A stretch of 64,000 nt of DNA from Tubiluchus corallicola (Eukaryota > Animalia > Priapulida), in NCBI GenBank assembly GCA_030141605.1, contig JAQGDQ010000082.1, forward strand, positions 434,001 through 498,000, in the 5' to 3' direction. Within the stretch, counting starts at the first letter, position 1. Each line of letters begins with the position of its first letter. The notes under the pieces are model-generated. The model was given only the letters and a program-made list of their open reading frames with translations. It searched no databases and was not told the DNA's origin. Of the stretch, positions 59,713-64,000 are shown in pieces. The position numbers and the translations under genes are program-made.

Positions 59713-62700
59713 GGCAAAGTAAAAAAAGGAGAGTAAGACAGAAAAAGAAGGAGCACGAGAAATACTGACAAACTAGCACAATATAAATTTGAATAAGAAA
59801 GGGAACACTCGAAACATAACAGCCACTAGACGGCAGCCTCGACTGACGATGACAAGTGCGATTTTAATTACAGCACCACCGGAAATCCTTAATTATGGTG
59901 ACAACTTAAATCTTGACCGCGGGCTGAAGAGCTGCTGGGGTTGACCGCTTGACCAAAATCCATAATAAAACGCTTACTTGCCAGTATAGAGCGAGTCAAA
60001 AATCAAAAACTGTGTAGTGTAAATAAAACAGCACTTGTTGAAAACATGTGAAAAAATGCCAAGACCAAAAGTACCGATCAATCAATCAATTACTCAGCTA
60101 TCAAATAAGTCTTTTGACAAATTTGTCTCTCATAACTCAAAAAAAACATAAGTGAATAAGTATAGGATCGCTTACTTGGCGCAAAAGGTCACAAATCAAC
60201 AATTTTGGCATTTCGCGAAAAATAATCACAGAAAATCAAGATTACAGGCACGCCACAATACTGCATTCGTTCACAGCGTGTAGTTTATGAATATGTGTAG
60301 GTTATGAAAAATTCTGAACAAAATCAACACTACTATGACTAGTGTGGGGAGTAACCTTCCCTCGGTAATCTTTTCACTATCCAGGCATATGGAAGGTATG
60401 TAAAGCGGCTGAAACTCTATTCACATGAATACAGGTCAACACTTAAACTGCTACAAAAACTACACTCTTAATCCCCCAAATCCCAACAACTGCACAAAAG
60501 GCGGAAAATCTTTCCAATTTCACAGAAACTGCACTAAATCTTGATTTGCGAATTGAGAACGAGCGACAATATGGTTATGAAGAGAACAAACGGGTTAAAT
60601 ACAGCGCCGAGATTTCGGCAAAGATTTGGCACAGTACGACGCAAATAAGCGAAAAGGTGCCTCTCATAAGTCTCTCTTACCTGTAGAAAGTACTTCTTAC
60701 TCAGGTATGCATTCCAACTGGCTTGGGAACTAGAAGAACTGTGCTAAATGGGTGCCCTGAATTCTGACAGCAGGGACATTAGATTCAAACACTGCTTTAG
60801 CGTTGGGTGTCTTTCTTTTCTGCAGATAGTCTTAAAACCCATACGGTCTTGCCCACGATCAAAGCGATAAAAAACTTTTGTACACCGGTTGAGGTATAAA
60901 ATGAACCCTATAACGATTTTTGCTACTTGCATACGATTTTAACATTGTGCAGTTGGCATTTTTAAGTGGGGACCATGACGGCCTGCAAGAATCTAAAGAA
61001 AAAACAGAAACTTTCCCTACTTTTTGGATTATTGACACAAATAATGATGTAAAAAAATAAGCGTGATGAAAATTAAATAAAATTTTTGCTACAGCATTTT
61101 TGATGAGGGTTATCAGTACCATAAAATTATTCGCTTTCATGTTATTGTTGTTGATGTTGTTCTGGCAACCGAAGTCGAAAGCAGTTCAGTGTTGCAATCA
61201 CTCGGTAGACCATTCAAGCTGAATTAGTTACGTCTAACAAAAAATGGCTACAAAGCGTCACGAATTATATGTGCAGTGCACAAAAGTCCCAGCCAGCCTT
61301 TCTTGTTGTTTTCAGCGAGTTGAAATAAGCAAAAGTTCCTTAACTGCTACATCTACTTTCTATTTATAATAAAACCGACTATTACTAAGCATTAACTCCT
61401 TAGTTTAACATTACATCTGCATTCACACCTGTCGGTCATGTGCACAGGTTCAAAAAGGTACACCTTACCGCATGCAGACGGGTGGTCCTAAGTGTCATAA
61501 CCAGTTCCTTATCATCATTACGAATTTGTCGCTGATAATAAGGTCGACTATTCTGTATATTATTATTATCTATTTAGCATGACTCACGTCCTCAACATAT
61601 GTCATTCCTCCACGTGGCGGCACCAGTCACAAATTAACGACAATGACACATGAGTGTCAGGTAGGAGTGAACGTATGCAACAAATCATCACTTTTCAAAG
61701 AAAAATTCAACATATTACAAGTTTACATGAAAATTATTTGCATCAACTTAGATCAATTGTAAATGATCTGCTGCTCTGATCAACAATTCTTCTGGCACCG
61801 CCAGGTGGCTCTACCGCGTGACGTGAGGTTTAGAAGGTAACATTCCACAACAAACACCCGTACCACACTCCAAAAAAACTGATTAAGCAAATGTGTTATT
61901 CTTGCTTCCCTGGCTCAAGCCCATCCCCTGATTAGTATTCGGTGCCAGTGTTGATGCGATATCACTAAAATTCCTGGTAGCACCGGGATCATTTTATTGC
62001 TGTAGAAGCTTACCTCCGAATAACACCTACCACGTGGCATAGCTATTATAAAGCAAATAGAAAGTTGTGTACCCGCACTTATAATGACATTCGTCTAATA
62101 AATATCAAAGTTGCAGATTAATATTATTGATAAAATGGACTGTATCTCACACACAGCAGCGTGCGATCGCACTACAGAAATTTCAATTGCTGCTATAATG
62201 TACGTTTCTGGTGGTTTTCTTGGCTTTCCAAAACATCTATAGAATTTCTACATTATGGATGCTTTCCATAATATCTTTTTGGTTTCTGTGAGTACATAAG
62301 CAAAGATTTCTTGTTTATATGAGTTCATAAACAAGAACAATAGCATCATTACATATTTGTGATGCACATTACATCATTACATTACACAAGCAAGACAATT
62401 AATGCCAGACACCAAGCGCCACTGTTGTAGATAGGTCCAGGAATTTCGTAAAATTTATAAAGCTCAATTCCACCATCATTACACACAACATACAGAAGGA
62501 AAATATTTGCCACCTGAAAGCTATACGTGAATTCAAACAAAAACATCACCTCGTTAAAAGCACCAGCGTGAATAACGACACTTAAACACAGCAGAGATAA
62601 TAAAAGCAAAGACAGCAATACTTGCTGAGAATTAGACCTTGAAAACTTTGTTAAGAGGAGGAACAAAAGCACTAAAGAATAACTTAGCAAAAATGAAGAC

Positions 62701-63821
62701 CCATGAAAAGCCCATTAAATTTCCTCCAATAATACACAGCCACTTTACATAGCTGAAATTTGCATGGAAAATGAACAGACCTAGGACAAGATAACAGCTT
62801 GGATGTCATGAAATAACAGCCGGCTACACTTAAAAATTATTATAGGTAGATAATAATGTATTTTTAATGTGTTTAACGCGTTTTTTATTCTTTCCACTTC
62901 TTATATTGTCAGATATAAAAACTCAACAAAATTCTTGAAAAATCATGACACCATTACCACTGAGAAACAAACATGAATTGCACCCTGAATTAAAGTCCTC
63001 GGTGCTGCGAATAACGGTCGTACTAGCCATTAAGATTAAGTGTTGTGTGCGTTACTTAAAATTAAATGATCTTTCTTGTAGCTTTGTTGGTTTTTATCTA
63101 GTCTTTTCAGTTTCTTTTGCACGAGGGGCAAATCATTTCCTGATATTCCTCCAAGTCTAAAAGCGCTGCGACATGGCATCTAAGCCCTATAGGAGCACAA
63201 GAAAGGCTTGCAAGTTAACCCGCACCTTATGACAGACAAAACAACAATCAGTATATATACATATTTTTACTACTTATATTATGACAGACATACACCCACC
63301 CACCTCCAACAATCAGTGTATATACATATTTTTGCTACTTATGTTACGTCTGGTTCGTGGAATTTTGTACAGGATATATACGTAATTTGCCTGAACAACG
63401 AGCCCATTGTTCACAGAATATTTCCATCTCTCCTGGGTAAACAAGAGACAGCCTCCCGAACCTGTCTCATTAGATTTTAATGACGGGTAAAAACTCTTGT
63501 CATAACGACGTTATTATTGGGCTGTATAATAATTATTTAAACAACAAGAATAAAACTTCTTGGAAAATATTCTGCCCTGCATTTATTTCACATTTTTTAA
63601 AATAATTACAACGATTTTAAGAAGGTTGCAGTTTGCCTAGCCAAAGATTCTGACGAACAGAAATTCAGAGTGTTTTCCTTCATATTATCCAACTTTGTTG
63701 CATGAACGAGATTAAGAGTATTGGCTACGGAGGTATAGTGAATAAATCTTGCGTTAGCAAGATTAAGTATCCGATTTGCCTAGCAACAGTTTTTAGCACA
63801 GTTTGGAATAAAACGAATACA

Positions 63822-63891
63822 ACAGCAGGTTACAAAGATTATAATGCAATGTAACGACAGCAGATTACAAAGATTATAATGCAATGTAACG
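63822..63891. repeat. Two-copy ~35 bp tandem repeat
   Basis: acagcag.ttacaaagattataatgcaatgtaacg twice. Confidence 0.85.
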
Positions 63892-64000
63892 TAATGGGTT
63901 AAAATAGAACGGAACGAAAGAGAACAGGAGATATAAAACAAATCATATAACAGAACGAGAAGAGGAATAAACTAGAACACAGCAGAAAAGCAGAGCAGAA

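Noticed and set aside
59502-59779. (SL)n ORFs
   Set aside because: Artefact of the (AG)n microsatellite.
61466-62050. Further minus-strand donors with short upstream ATG frames (near 61468 and 62013)
   Set aside because: Mostly phase-incompatible with the 50162 acceptor or only two codons long; cannot be distinguished from chance.
62382-62690. Hydrophobic 102-aa ORF resembling a membrane protein
   Set aside because: TTG start; T-rich strand bias explains the Leu/Phe content; no homology recognised.
1-64000. CRISPR arrays, rRNA, prokaryotic operons or defence systems
   Set aside because: Eukaryotic spliced genes throughout; no regularly spaced repeat-spacer array or rRNA-like sequence seen.

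Overview
AT-rich, intron-containing invertebrate animal genomic DNA; the taxon cannot be fixed from the sequence alone. It holds three protein-coding genes. (1) A minus-strand S-adenosylmethionine synthetase (MAT/Sam-S), of which 7 exons (335 codons) lie at 195-9862; the canonical last exon is not seen. (2) An intronless-CDS PLD3-like 5'-3' exonuclease (11577-13112, +), head-to-head with MAT. (3) A minus-strand PDZ-GEF (RAPGEF2/6, Dizzy-like; cNMP-REM-PDZ-RA-CDC25, ending in -SAV) with 25 phase-consistent coding exons at 19325-51229, a candidate cassette exon and several candidate alternative first exons. Introns carry a frame-intact 5'-truncated LINE, Tc1/mariner, hAT and Harbinger-like MITEs, tRNA-derived SINE heads and microsatellites. 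The most intriguing signal is in MAT. It lacks the UACAG at the intron-2 acceptor used for METT-10/METTL16 feedback in nematodes, has GHADK instead of GHPDK, and carries several stop-containing decoy acceptors, one presented in a hairpin loop with UACAGA. Together these hint at a rewired SAM-homeostasis splicing circuit or a decaying paralogue. All exon calls were read by hand with no database or RNA support.
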